NCBI GenBank assembly: GCA_963823035.1
Contig: CAWGKG010000005.1
Coordinates: 128,001 to 192,000, forward strand
Reading direction: 5' to 3'
DNA: 64,000 nt
DNA from: an uncultured Gemmatimonadales bacterium
Lineage (GTDB): Bacteria; Gemmatimonadota; Gemmatimonadetes; Longimicrobiales; Gaopeijiaceae
Part shown: piece by piece, positions 30,095 through 40,514 of the stretch
How positions within the stretch are numbered: the first letter of the stretch is position 1
Layout: every line of letters begins with the position of its first letter
Notes under the pieces: model-generated
Told to the model about the DNA's origin: nothing
The model's input: the letters and a program-made list of their open reading frames with translations, nothing else
Databases searched by the model: none
Made by a program: the position numbers and the translations under genes

Positions 30095-31970
30095 GCGCAC
30101 CCTCCTCCTCGAGAGTCTACGGCCGCCACCGGGGTACGGCCTGGGTCGGGCAGTTGGCACGAGCTACACGCTGGACCTCATCGCGCTGCTGACGGCTCCC
30201 CTGGCCTTCACGTTCTTCGATGCGCACGACGAAGACGGAAGCCCCGTCGCGGACCCGATAGCGCTCCTCGAGGCGCTCAGGCGCCACGCAGAGAAGATCA
30301 CCCTCTTCTGCCAGGCCGGCGCGATCTCGGTCCCAAGGCCAGAGCAGGCACTGCTGGCCTACCTCGAGGGCTCGGTTGTCGAGGTGCGGTCGCCCATGGG
30401 GGCCGGGATCTTCCACCCAAAGGTCTGGGTGATGGAGTTCGTCGCCGAGGGTCAGCCCGCCATCTACCGTTTCCTGTGCCTCAGCCGGAATCTCACCTTC
30501 GATCGCGCGTGGGACACCTGCCTCTGCCTCGAGGGGCCGCTGACGAATCGGCAGAGAGGGTACCGCAGGAACGAGCCGCTCTCCAGCTTCCTGTCGGCTC
30601 TGCCGGACCTGGCCGCACGGCCGGTCCCCGCGTCGGTTCGAGAGGATCTGCGCCGCATGGCGGACGAAGTGCGACGCGTCAGCTTTGGCACGCCAGAGCC
30701 GTTCAGCGACTTCGTGGTCCATCCGCTCGGGTTGAAGCCAGGCCACTCCTGGCCGTTTCCGCCGGCGGAACGTGCTCTGGTGGTGTCCCCGTACCTGGCC
30801 ACACCCACAGTCGAGCGGCTCAAGCGCGATCACGCGCTCGAGATCCTGGTGTCTCGGCCGGACGCAATCGACGAAGTCCACCTGCGTTCAGGCGGAGAGG
30901 CAAAGGCTCTGCCGGAGGAGTGCTTCGTTCTCGCTCGGGGGGCCAATCTCGACGCACGAGAGGGCGCCGAGGATGACGCGGCTACGCTGGAGGAAGGGGC
31001 TACCGAGCCCGGGGCGCCTGATGCGCCGGAGCTCACCGGGCTCCATGCCAAGCTCTTCGTCTTTGAGGACGGTTCCGAAACCCGAATGTTCACGGGCTCC
31101 GCGAATGCCACCCAGGCGGCATTTGGGCTCAATGTAGAGCTGCTGGTTGAACTCGTTGGGCCTACCAAGTCATGTGGGATCGACGCTTTGCTCGGACGCG
31201 AGGATGATCCACGGCAAGACACCCTGAGGTCGCTACTTCAGACATATCGGCCGGAGGCGCGTCTGGTCGTCGATGATGACCAACGAGCACTGGAGCACCG
31301 GGTCGATCAACTCGCTGCCGAGCTGGCAGGATCACATCTCATCGCAGAAGCGCAGGAGCTCGATGGCGGCGCTCGTTGGGATCTGGAGCTCTCCGGCCGC
31401 CTTCCTCCGATCCCCGATGGCGCATCCGTGCGAGCGTGGCCCGTCACGCTTTCATCCGAGAGCGCCCGCAACGTGAGTGGTGGCGCCGAGGACAGGCTCG
31501 CGACGTTCGAGGCCCTGTCCTTCGAGGCCCTCAGTGGCCTCTTCGCCTTCGAGATCGTACTCCAGGACGGTCAGGCCAAGGCCAAGCGGCGGTTCGTGGT
31601 GACGGTGGAACTCCGAGGAGCGCCGGCGGACCGGAAGGAGCGTTTGCTGAGGTCCTTCCTGAAGGATCGCCGCCAGGTCCTTCGGCTGCTACTGCTCTTG
31701 CTCATGGATGAAGGGGCGGATGTCTCGATGTTCATCCAGGCGTCCCATGACCCGGAAGCCCGACCCACCGGTCCGTTCGGAGGCCCAGCCGAAGCCACGC
31801 TCCTGGAGTTGCTTCTCCGTAGCCTGGATGCCAGCCCCGACCGAATCGATCATGTCGGGCGGCTCATTGCCGACCTGAGTCGAACGAGTGAGGGACGCGA
31901 CCTCCTCCCCGAGGACCTCGATGTGATCTGGAAGCCAATCCAGGCTGTGCGCCAGGAGCTCTCCCGGTGA
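30078..31970 (+). CDS. Phospholipase D-superfamily nuclease-like protein
   Basis: GTSYTLD, FHPKVW, SRNLT, VSPY, LHAKLF, GSANAT: two HxK motifs. Confidence 0.85.
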   Translation: MLETRERTLLLESLRPPPGYGLGRAVGTSYTLDLIALLTAPLAFTFFDAHDEDGSPVADPIALLEALRRHAEKITLFCQAGAISVPRPEQALLAYLEGSVVEVRSPMGAGIFHPKVWVMEFVAEGQPAIYRFLCLSRNLTFDRAWDTCLCLEGPLTNRQRGYRRNEPLSSFLSALPDLAARPVPASVREDLRRMADEVRRVSFGTPEPFSDFVVHPLGLKPGHSWPFPPAERALVVSPYLATPTVERLKRDHALEILVSRPDAIDEVHLRSGGEAKALPEECFVLARGANLDAREGAEDDAATLEEGATEPGAPDAPELTGLHAKLFVFEDGSETRMFTGSANATQAAFGLNVELLVELVGPTKSCGIDALLGREDDPRQDTLRSLLQTYRPEARLVVDDDQRALEHRVDQLAAELAGSHLIAEAQELDGGARWDLELSGRLPPIPDGASVRAWPVTLSSESARNVSGGAEDRLATFEALSFEALSGLFAFEIVLQDGQAKAKRRFVVTVELRGAPADRKERLLRSFLKDRRQVLRLLLLLLMDEGADVSMFIQASHDPEARPTGPFGGPAEATLLELLLRSLDASPDRIDHVGRLIADLSRTSEGRDLLPEDLDVIWKPIQAVRQELSR

Positions 31971-34900
31971 CACTCCGGATCGAGCAAACGCGGCCTGACG
32001 TCTCAGCGGCCCTTGGACGATTGAAGGGCTTCCAGCGCAGTACAGTGGAGTATGCGTTTGAGCGCCTCTACCGAGCGCCCGACTCGACGCGGCGCTTCCT
32101 GGTGGCGGACGAGGTCGGCTTGGGAAAGACGCTGGTCGCCAGGGGGGTCATCGCCAAGGCCATCGACGAGCTGTGGGAGTCGGTAGACCGGATCGACGTC
32201 GTGTACATCTGCTCGAACGCGCAGATCGCGGCGCAGAACATCCAGCGCTTGCAGGTCGGGGGATCCGCCTTCGTGCACGCGGACCGGCTCACGCTTCTGC
32301 CGACGGTCATACGCGATCTCCGCCAGAACAAGGTGAACTTGCTGGCATTCACTCCGGCGACGTCGCTGGAGCACAAGAGCAGTCTGGGAGACTGGAGGGA
32401 GAGGGCGCTGCTCTATCACCTCGTGCAGCTCGTGTGGCCCTCAGAGGGAGCGGGCCCGAAGAACCTCTTTCAAGGGGGAGTCACGGACCGCCAGGACTGG
32501 CGGCGTCGGCTCAGTGCCTTCGCGGAAGACGAGCACATCGACCGGGCCCTGGCGCGGGCCTTCAAGAGGCGCCTGCGAGAGGTGGGAAAGGGGCCACGAT
32601 GGGGCGGGGAAGGGCTCAGGAAGAGGTACCTCGACCTTTGCGAGCGCTTTGGACGGTTTCGAGACTCGTATCCCGACGAGGATCGGTGGGGTCGGAATGC
32701 GTTCATCGGGCGCCTCAGAGTGCTCCTTGCCGAGACATGTGTCGAGGCGCTCGAGCCGGACCTGGTCATCCTCGACGAGTTCCAGCGATTCAAGGACATC
32801 CTGGACGGCGATGACGACGCTGCCGAGATGGCGAAGCGGCTCTTCACCTTTTCGAATCACGAGGCGGACGTACGGCTGCTGCTGCTCTCCGCGACGCCGT
32901 ACAAGATGTACACGTTACACCAGGAGAAGGACGAGGACGACCACTACAAGGACTTCCTCCGAACGGTGGAGTTCCTCGACCCACATCTGAAGGAGACCGG
33001 GCGGTTCCGGAAATTGCTCGACGACTATCGGGTTGCGCTCTACCAGATTGAGAGCGGCACGGAAGCCCTTCAGGGGGTGAACGAGAAGATCGAGGCCGAA
33101 CTCCGGCGCGTGATGTCCCGCACGGACCGGCTCAAGGCGGCGGAGGACGCGTCCGGCATGCTGCGAGAAGTTCCGTCGCGGGGCGTGGAGCTGAGGCCCG
33201 CTGAGGTGCGCACCTTCCTTGCGCTACAGGAGATCGGCCGGGAGGTGGACCAGCCACAGGTCCTCGAGTATTGGAAGTCGGCGCCGTATCTCCTGAGCTT
33301 CATGGACGACTACAAGCTCAAGTGGGAGGTTACCCGGAGACTCGGACGGGCGTCGGGCCGACGCCTCACCGAGCTCATCTCGTCGGACGCCTTCATTGCC
33401 CTGCCGTGGTCCGACGTGGAGGAGTACAGAACGCTGGATCCCGCCAACGCGCGACTGCGGGCGCTTCTCGAATGGGTGGAGGAGACGCGCCTGTGGGAGC
33501 TCCTCTGGCTGCCGCCGTCCTTGCCCTACTATTCGCCCCGCGGAGCCTGGCAACACGCGGCTGAGGCCGGTGCCACCAAGCGGCTTGTCTTCTCGACCTG
33601 GAACGTCGTGCCCAAGGCCGTGGCTTGCCTCGTCAGCTACGAAATCGAACGCCGGATCTTCCGCCGGTTCGAAGCGGCCCCCCGCAATACCCTGGAAGAG
33701 CGGAAGAAGCGTAGCCCCCTGCTGAGATTCGCATCGACTGACGGGAGACTGACGGGCATGCCAGTTCTGGGCTTGTTGTATCCAAGTCCGGCGCTGGCTG
33801 CTCTCGGCGATCCTGCTCGGGACGGTACGCCTCAGGCTGATCTGGGAGAGGTGGTGTCACGCGTCCGCGAGCAGGTCCAGCCGATCCTCGATCGGCTCAC
33901 CCTCCGCTACCAGGGCTCAGAAGGGGAGCGACAGGATGAGGCGTGGTACTGGGCCGCTCCCATTCTCATGGACCTGGAGAGAGACGGCGCACTGACCCGC
34001 GAGTGGTTCGCTGATCCCAACCTGGCGGCGGTCTGGAGCGGGGCGGAGTCGAAAGAGGAGGAGGACTCGCGCTGGGGCGACCACGTCACCGCCGCCAAGC
34101 AGGTCATCGAGCCGACTCTCGAACTCGGTCGCCCGCCCGACGACCTCGCTGACGTTGTTGCGGGCCTCGCCGTCGCGGGGCCGGCAGTCTGCGCCCTGCG
34201 GGCGCTCACCCGGGGGTCGGATGTCGGCGCTCGCACGGATCTGCGTGCGCAAGATCGAGCCGGCCAGATCGCCTGGGGATTTCGCACGTTGTTGAATCAG
34301 CCCGAAGCGATGGCCCTCATCCGAGGCGCGCGCCAGGGCGACGAGACACCCTACTGGCGCCAGGCCCTCGACTACTGCGCCGAGGGTCACCTGCAGGCCG
34401 TCCTGGACGAGTACGTGCACACCCTTCGAGACCTCGAAGGCTTGTTTGACGTGGAAGACGAGGAGGCCTGGGAGAAGCTGGCTGAAGCCATCCTGGGCGC
34501 ACTGTCACTGCGCACAGTGACGAGAAGCGTCGACGACATCCGATGCGAGGACGGAAGTGCCCGGGTGGAGAAGCGTCGGCTCCGCAATCACTTCGCCATC
34601 CGGTTCGGCGATCAGGAGAGTGACGATGGAAAGGCGGGAGCACGGGAGGACCTTGTCCGCACGGCCTTCAATTCCCCGTTCTGGCCCTTCGTCTTGACCT
34701 CGACCTCGGTGGGGCAGGAGGGCCTGGATTTCCACGCCTACTGCCACGCCGTGGTCCACTGGAATCTCCCCGCGAACCCCGTCGATTTGGAGCAGAGGGA
34801 GGGCCGCGTGCAACGCTACAAGGGGCACGCCGTCCGGAAGAACGTGGCGCACGTATTCGGAAGGGACGCCTCGGGTATCGGCTCGGAGGACGTGTGGAAC

Positions 34901-35191
34901 GCGCTCTTCGAGATCGCCCGGCAGCACGCCCCCACGGACCATGGACTGGTTCCCTACTGGCTCTTTCCGACGCCGGGCGGTGCGCAGATCGAACGCCACG
35001 TTCCAGCGCTCCCTCTGAGTCGCGATGCCTACCAACTGGAGGCGCTCAAGCGGTCTCTGGCCGTGTACCGGATGGTGTTCGGACAGCCGCGGCAGGACGA
35101 CCTGATGGCGTTCCTGCTCGATCGCTTCCCGCCTGATGAGCTGTCTGAGATCACTTCGTTGCTCCAGATCGATCTGTCACCTCCTGCCTGA
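31967..35191 (+). CDS. SF2 helicase
   Basis: LVADEVGLGKT, DEFQ, LSATP, VGQEGLDFH, EQREGRVQRY; GTGA overlap with the PLD gene. Confidence 0.92.
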   Translation: MTLRIEQTRPDVSAALGRLKGFQRSTVEYAFERLYRAPDSTRRFLVADEVGLGKTLVARGVIAKAIDELWESVDRIDVVYICSNAQIAAQNIQRLQVGGSAFVHADRLTLLPTVIRDLRQNKVNLLAFTPATSLEHKSSLGDWRERALLYHLVQLVWPSEGAGPKNLFQGGVTDRQDWRRRLSAFAEDEHIDRALARAFKRRLREVGKGPRWGGEGLRKRYLDLCERFGRFRDSYPDEDRWGRNAFIGRLRVLLAETCVEALEPDLVILDEFQRFKDILDGDDDAAEMAKRLFTFSNHEADVRLLLLSATPYKMYTLHQEKDEDDHYKDFLRTVEFLDPHLKETGRFRKLLDDYRVALYQIESGTEALQGVNEKIEAELRRVMSRTDRLKAAEDASGMLREVPSRGVELRPAEVRTFLALQEIGREVDQPQVLEYWKSAPYLLSFMDDYKLKWEVTRRLGRASGRRLTELISSDAFIALPWSDVEEYRTLDPANARLRALLEWVEETRLWELLWLPPSLPYYSPRGAWQHAAEAGATKRLVFSTWNVVPKAVACLVSYEIERRIFRRFEAAPRNTLEERKKRSPLLRFASTDGRLTGMPVLGLLYPSPALAALGDPARDGTPQADLGEVVSRVREQVQPILDRLTLRYQGSEGERQDEAWYWAAPILMDLERDGALTREWFADPNLAAVWSGAESKEEEDSRWGDHVTAAKQVIEPTLELGRPPDDLADVVAGLAVAGPAVCALRALTRGSDVGARTDLRAQDRAGQIAWGFRTLLNQPEAMALIRGARQGDETPYWRQALDYCAEGHLQAVLDEYVHTLRDLEGLFDVEDEEAWEKLAEAILGALSLRTVTRSVDDIRCEDGSARVEKRRLRNHFAIRFGDQESDDGKAGAREDLVRTAFNSPFWPFVLTSTSVGQEGLDFHAYCHAVVHWNLPANPVDLEQREGRVQRYKGHAVRKNVAHVFGRDASGIGSEDVWNALFEIARQHAPTDHGLVPYWLFPTPGGAQIERHVPALPLSRDAYQLEALKRSLAVYRMVFGQPRQDDLMAFLLDRFPPDELSEITSLLQIDLSPPA

Positions 35192-35347
35192 GACGGCACG
35201 CTCCCGCGGCCAACCGTCGCAGAAGCGACCATCGGGGGATTCCTGGAGAGCCACAGTGCGACGGGTAGCGTCCAGTGGATCGAAGGAAGGCTCGCCTTCC
35301 CACGTCCACCTGGAGGAGAGCGGCGGCGGGCGCGTCGCGGCCCTCGG

Positions 35348-35605
35348 CTAGATGCCGGCCACGGGCTCAGCCGTCCGCACGAACACCCGCGGCGGCGGCG
35401 GCAGGTTGTCCTCCCGCGGTGTGGGGTTCACGGCGTCCGGCCGGTCCTCGATACCGATCGGGCTCATCGACAGCGGCGGCCACAGCGCGAAGACGAGCAG
35501 ATGCGTGAGCGTAGCGGCCAGCAGCGAGGTCGCGAGCAGCGGCTGGGCCCTGTCCTTGAGGCGTTCGTTCGCTGTGCGTGGGAGCGCGTGCGCGGTGGGG
35601 GCCAC
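35348..35605 (-). pseudogene. Probable N-terminal fragment of a TonB-like protein
   Basis: GGAGG RBS, ANERLK + TM helix with His + Pro-rich stretch; no C-terminal domain. Confidence 0.45.
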
Positions 35606-36674
35606 GGGACACCTCCTTGGATGCGTTGGCGCCGCGGTGGTCGTCGCGTCACCTCTTCCTTAACCTACGACGGTTCAGCGCCAGCGGACTAGAGTTCGAG
35701 CATGAGTTCCGGGTCTCAGCCGGGGCAACGTGGGCGAGATAGTCCTCCGGGCCTCGGACACCTTCGTCGGGCGGTTCCGCTTCTTTCACAGCCGCGCTCC
35801 CCTGCTTGCCGCCTTCTTCACGGCGCGATAGCGGCCGCTCGCCCGTTCCGCGGCGTCGGGCCAGCGCCACAGACGATCGTGCAAACTGGGCGCGGCCCGG
35901 TCGCGATCACCGGTGCGATGGAGCCCAGGCTCCGCCAACTCACCGGCATCGTGGTCTCGGTCTGCGGCACCCCGTCCCAGGAGCCTCCGGCCGCCGAGGG
36001 ACTCATGGCAGCTGAGTTCGAGCTCCGCTCGGTGCGCGGCGCGCCCGCCTATCTGGGCGTGGTCCGGACGCGGGGCAGCGCGGTGCAGCTGGCCATAGCC
36101 CTGGCCGAGCGTGAGGGGACTAACGAGAAGGGACAACACGCCGTAAACGGTCGTGTAGGTCCCGATTCCTACGCCCATATCCAGCTCGATCCACTGCCGC
36201 GGGATCACGAATGCGAGCAGGAGCCCCACCGCCGCCAGGAACACCCCGGTGAGGAGCACCGTCCGCGCCTTCACCCGACTGCGCCGGAACTCGATGGGGG
36301 CCTTCATCAGTCGTCCGGCACCCGGGTCGCGTCTCCGGTGACCGGTGCCTCGCCTCTACCGCGCGCCGAGGCGGGTATCGCCCTTCACGGAGCAGATCGC
36401 TCGGGAGACGAACCTGGAGGCCTTCGACCTGGCCGGCCTTCTCCAGGAGGGGATGCCGGCCGGCTGGTTCTGAAGCGACAGAGGTGCCCTGAGCGCCGAC
36501 CCGTGGCATCCCGCGACAGCCGATTTCCTTATCGGATGAGGTCCAGGATGGGACCCCACGTGTCGTCGTCGGGGGTCTGGTAGACCGAGTTGTGGCCCGA
36601 GGTCTCGAGCGCCAGGAACGTCGCCTGCCCGCGGGCCGCCGCGGCCAGCTCCTCCCCCATGGACAGCTTCACCA

Positions 36675-37610
36675 TCATCGCCCGGGCCCTCGAGTTGCCG
36701 TAGGAGCATCTGGCCGAGCACTGAGGCTCACGCCATGCGCGAGTGACTCTACCCCGATCCATCGACGTCCCACCGCCCCTGCTCCCAACGCCACGGGCAA
36801 CGCGACGAGCGCGTACACGGCCGAAGGCAGGGCCATCCTGGGGTCGTGGAGAAGCGTGAGCGCCACGAACGTGGCGGTCGCGACGTTCTGGAGCCCGAGC
36901 TCGATGGCGATGGTCACAGAGGCGGATGCCGGTAGCCGGGCCGCCCGTGCAAGGACCAGCCCGAGGATCGTGGCGCCCATGTCGAGGGCAACGACCGGGG
37001 CTCCCAACTGGCCGAGACCCTCCCGCAGAGCGCCGGCATTCTGTGCCGTGATGAGGCCGATGACGGCAAGGAAGAGCGCGACGGACAGAACGCGTACGCG
37101 TCGCTCCAGCGCCGTGGCCCTGGGACCGAGGCTCCGGCGAATCGCCATCCCCAGGAAGATCGGGAGAACGGAGACGGTGAGGAGCCGGGCCATGGTCACG
37201 TCCACCGGGAGGTGCAGGGCCGGGTGCGTCCCGGACCAGACGGTCGCCATCCACCCATACAGGATGGGGATGGAGAATGGAGTGGCAACGCTCGATAGAG
37301 CGGTAAGGCTCACCGAGAGGGCGAGGTCGGCTCCCATCAGGCCACTGACGACGTTGGAGAGGGCGCCGCCCGGCGAGAGGGTCAGAACCAGAATGCCCAG
37401 CGCGAAGCTCGACTCCAGTCCGTAGATCCGGACAACCAGGACCCCCAATACGGGCAGGAGCAGCAGCTGGCCGCCGAGGCCCACGGCCAGTGCTCTGGGA
37501 GTCCCGAACACACGCCCGAAGTCGGACAGCCGCAGAGACAGCCCGAGCCCCAACATGAGAACGATGAGGGCCGCCGGCACCAACGCCGCCGCGAGACCCG
37601 ACTCGGCCAC
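36675..37610 (-). CDS. Bile acid:sodium symporter (BASS) family transporter
   Basis: MLGLGLSL, GQLLLLP, SPGGALSNV, ADLALSVSLT, IELGLQN. Confidence 0.92.
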   Translation of the reverse strand: MAESGLAAALVPAALIVLMLGLGLSLRLSDFGRVFGTPRALAVGLGGQLLLLPVLGVLVVRIYGLESSFALGILVLTLSPGGALSNVVSGLMGADLALSVSLTALSSVATPFSIPILYGWMATVWSGTHPALHLPVDVTMARLLTVSVLPIFLGMAIRRSLGPRATALERRVRVLSVALFLAVIGLITAQNAGALREGLGQLGAPVVALDMGATILGLVLARAARLPASASVTIAIELGLQNVATATFVALTLLHDPRMALPSAVYALVALPVALGAGAVGRRWIGVESLAHGVSLSARPDAPTATRGPGR

Positions 37611-37612
37611 GG

Positions 37613-38458
37613 TCAGGCCAATCCCACTCCCACGAGCACGTTCGTGGGGAAGACGGCGGGCCCCTCCCCCTGGGCCTCCTCCACGAGGCGAACGAAGGTG
37701 GCGCCCGCGGCGTCGATCTTCTCCGGTGAGATGGCCGCGAAGGCAGCCGCTACCGGGGGAGCCACCGCCGGTCCCCAGCGGCGCCAGAACGCGCCCGGGT
37801 CCTCGACGACCCAGGGCACGCTGGTCTCCTCGACGCGGACCTCATGGAAGCCGCTGTCCCGGAGTGCGGCGCTCAGGCCCTCCCGATGGGAGTACCTCTC
37901 ATAGGAGACGCCCGCGGCTACGGGGTTCGCCCCCACGGAAGCCAGCGCGGCGACGAGGGTCTGCCACAACGTCGACTTCCGGGGAGAGGCCACGTTGGTG
38001 ACCACGACCCGGCCACCCGGCCGCACCACGCGCCGGAGCTCCGAGAGGCCACGCGCCGGGTCATCGAAAAGGACGACGCCGAGATTCGACGCAGCGCAGT
38101 CGAAGGAGTCGTCCTCCAGGTCCAGGGCCATTGCGTCCATCTGGCGGACCTCGACTTCTCCGTCCCCGTCCAGCTTCGATCTCAGTCGATCGAGCATGCC
38201 GGGAGCCCGGTCGATGGCGGTGACGTGGGCACCGCGCTCCAGGGCCGGCAGGGTCAGAGCTCCCGTTCCGGCTGCCACATCCAGAACGTGCTCGCCGGGG
38301 CCGAGTCGCAGGTGATCGAGGGCGACGACCGCCACACGCGAGCTGAATCCCACGAACATGGCCTCGTAGTCGTCGACGAGGTGGCTCCACCTGTCAGGGG
38401 TCTGTCCCACCGCGCTGCCGGATTCCGTCTGCTGGGTACCATGGGCTGTGTTTCTCAT
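37613..38458 (-). CDS. Class I SAM-dependent methyltransferase
   Basis: VLDVAAGTG, DDSFD, RVVRPGG. Confidence 0.9.
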   Translation of the reverse strand: MRNTAHGTQQTESGSAVGQTPDRWSHLVDDYEAMFVGFSSRVAVVALDHLRLGPGEHVLDVAAGTGALTLPALERGAHVTAIDRAPGMLDRLRSKLDGDGEVEVRQMDAMALDLEDDSFDCAASNLGVVLFDDPARGLSELRRVVRPGGRVVVTNVASPRKSTLWQTLVAALASVGANPVAAGVSYERYSHREGLSAALRDSGFHEVRVEETSVPWVVEDPGAFWRRWGPAVAPPVAAAFAAISPEKIDAAGATFVRLVEEAQGEGPAVFPTNVLVGVGLA

Positions 38459-38492
38459 GTGCCCAAGCTCCAAGCGCGCCCGTCCCGACGAA

Positions 38493-38542
38493 ATCGCAGG
38501 AAGATGGGATCTTCGGAGACGGGCATCCCAGGAACCCGGGAT
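38493..38542. promoter_or_regulatory. Candidate operator: two ATC(G/C)CAGGAAnnnGGGAT copies 32 bp apart
   Basis: Copies at 38493-38510 and 38525-38542, between the regulator and the methyltransferase. Confidence 0.5.
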
Positions 38543-38543
38543 G

Positions 38544-39566
38544 TCAGGCGCCGCCGAGTCCCCGCTCCAGGGCGTAGCGCACGGCCTCCGCCCGCCGCTT
38601 GGTCCCGGTCTTGGTGTAGATGTGCGTCAGGTGACGGGTGACGGTGTTGAGGCTGATGGAGAGTCGCTCTGCGATCTCTGCGTTGGTGGCGCCACGTGCG
38701 ACCTGGCCCAGGACCTCGCGTTCGCGGGGCGTCAGGCGTTCGAGCCCTCCGGCGTCTCCCAACCGGGGACCCACGAAGGCGCGGATCGTGGCCAGCGTCC
38801 CGTCGTCCACGGGATTCCCTTCGTCACCACCCACCAGGAGGCGCGCACCGGGAATGCGGGCGGCGAGCTCGCGGCTCCGCTCTTCGTGGGCCAGCGCGTT
38901 GGACGGGTCGTACACGACAAGCGTGGGAGCACGCACCTCTCCCAGCTCGGGCGTCACGTCCCAGGCACGCCGGGCCTCGAGGAAGGCGAGGAACTCGGCC
39001 TGCGTGGTCGCGTCCCGCGCCACCGCGGCCCACCGCCGGGCCTCCTCGGCGTCCCGCCAGCCCAGCGCTGCCTGGCAGATGGACTCGGTGAACATCTCCC
39101 AGTCGGTCGCCGCCATCCTGAACAGGGAGCTCATGCGGGGCTTCTGGCCGTGGGCGGCGTCCCCTGCGAAGCTGTTGTAGAGTACGAGGTTGGACACGCT
39201 CCCGGGGTGCCGCGCGGCGTAGGCGATGGCCGGTAGACCTCCGGTGATCCATCCCAGCAGGGCGACGGGTCCGGACGCGACTGCGCCGACGATGAGCTCG
39301 ATGTCCTGCACCAGGGCGTCGATGGACTGCGGCCCGTGCCCCCTGCTCGAGAGTCCGCCGCCACGATGGTCGTAGCGCACCACCGTGAAGCTCCGGGCGA
39401 GCCCTTGATACCACCGACGCATTCCCTCCACCGACCATTCGGAGCGGGCGTGTCCGAGCTGGACGTTGGGTGAGTGGAGAAGCACCGGGCCACGACCGAG
39501 CTTCCAGTAGGCCAGGGCGAGACCGTCGGCTCGACGCACGTAGCGGATGGTGGGAGCGGTGGGCAT
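38544..39566 (-). CDS. Alpha/beta-hydrolase-fold + LuxR HTH regulator
   Basis: RYDHRGGGLS; degenerate nucleophile elbow GWITGG; LTPREREVL...TVTRHLTHIYTK. Confidence 0.9.
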   Translation of the reverse strand: MPTAPTIRYVRRADGLALAYWKLGRGPVLLHSPNVQLGHARSEWSVEGMRRWYQGLARSFTVVRYDHRGGGLSSRGHGPQSIDALVQDIELIVGAVASGPVALLGWITGGLPAIAYAARHPGSVSNLVLYNSFAGDAAHGQKPRMSSLFRMAATDWEMFTESICQAALGWRDAEEARRWAAVARDATTQAEFLAFLEARRAWDVTPELGEVRAPTLVVYDPSNALAHEERSRELAARIPGARLLVGGDEGNPVDDGTLATIRAFVGPRLGDAGGLERLTPREREVLGQVARGATNAEIAERLSISLNTVTRHLTHIYTKTGTKRRAEAVRYALERGLGGA

Positions 39567-39638
39567 TCCAGGGCCCAATCTGGCAGGGGAGCGGCCCTGG
39601 AAGTCAAGGGAAGGAGTTCGACCTGCCCGGCAGCGTGC

Positions 39639-40502
39639 CTACTTCGGACCTCCCAGGCGCGTCAACTCGGCCTCCGCCGCAATGAACCCGAACGCGGGCC
39701 ATCCACCCGAGGCGACCGCGGTCTGGAAGGCAGCGCGGGCCCGTGCCGTGTCTGCGTTCAGCAAGTACCAGTTGCCCAGCCCGTACCGTAGGGTGGCCAC
39801 CTGCACGTCCTGGGTGTCGGCGGGCGTGAGCAGTTCGTCGGGCTGGATCAGCCCGCGATAGAGCTGCAGGCGCCGCGTGTAGGCGTTCTCCGCCGGGATC
39901 GGATCCGCGTTGTCGTCGAGCCAGGCCTTTGCGTCCGCCCGGCGCCCGGCCCGGGACAGGGACATCCAACCCCAGTCGATGGAGCCCGCATGCTCTTCGG
40001 CGTTGGGCGCGAAGGGCAGGCCATGCATGAAGGCGTCCGCGGCTCCGTCGAAGTCGCCGGACACGTACTTCACCACACCCAGGTGGTACCAGCAGCCGTA
40101 CGTGGTCGAGTCGAGGGCGAGGCCACGCTCCAGGTCTGCGCGCGCGCTATCCAGTTGCCGCACCGACAGGTAGCGATGGCCCCGCCACCGGTAGAACAAG
40201 GCGCGGTCCGGAGCGACTTCCAGCCCGCGGGTGAAGGTCTCGATGGCCTCGTGGTATCGCCGGATGCCGGCCTGGGCGAGGCCGAGCTGAAGGATCTTCT
40301 CGACGTTCCGCGGGTCGGCCGCCAATTCCGATTCGGCCTGAGCCACCGTCCCCGTGTCCGACAGCGCGACGTACTCCACGCCCGCCGGTGAGCGATACTC
40401 CACGAGGCGCTCCGGCGGAGGCGTCGGCGCGGTGCAGGCGGCCTGAAGCAGCGCGAAGGTGCCGAGGCGTCCGTACGTCAGGATCAGCTTTCGCGTGCGC
40501 AT
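39639..40502 (-). CDS. TPR lipoprotein
   Basis: LQAAC lipobox-like sequence, TPR helices. Confidence 0.75.
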   Translation of the reverse strand: MRTRKLILTYGRLGTFALLQAACTAPTPPPERLVEYRSPAGVEYVALSDTGTVAQAESELAADPRNVEKILQLGLAQAGIRRYHEAIETFTRGLEVAPDRALFYRWRGHRYLSVRQLDSARADLERGLALDSTTYGCWYHLGVVKYVSGDFDGAADAFMHGLPFAPNAEEHAGSIDWGWMSLSRAGRRADAKAWLDDNADPIPAENAYTRRLQLYRGLIQPDELLTPADTQDVQVATLRYGLGNWYLLNADTARARAAFQTAVASGGWPAFGFIAAEAELTRLGGPK

Positions 40503-40514
40503 GACTCGGCTCCG

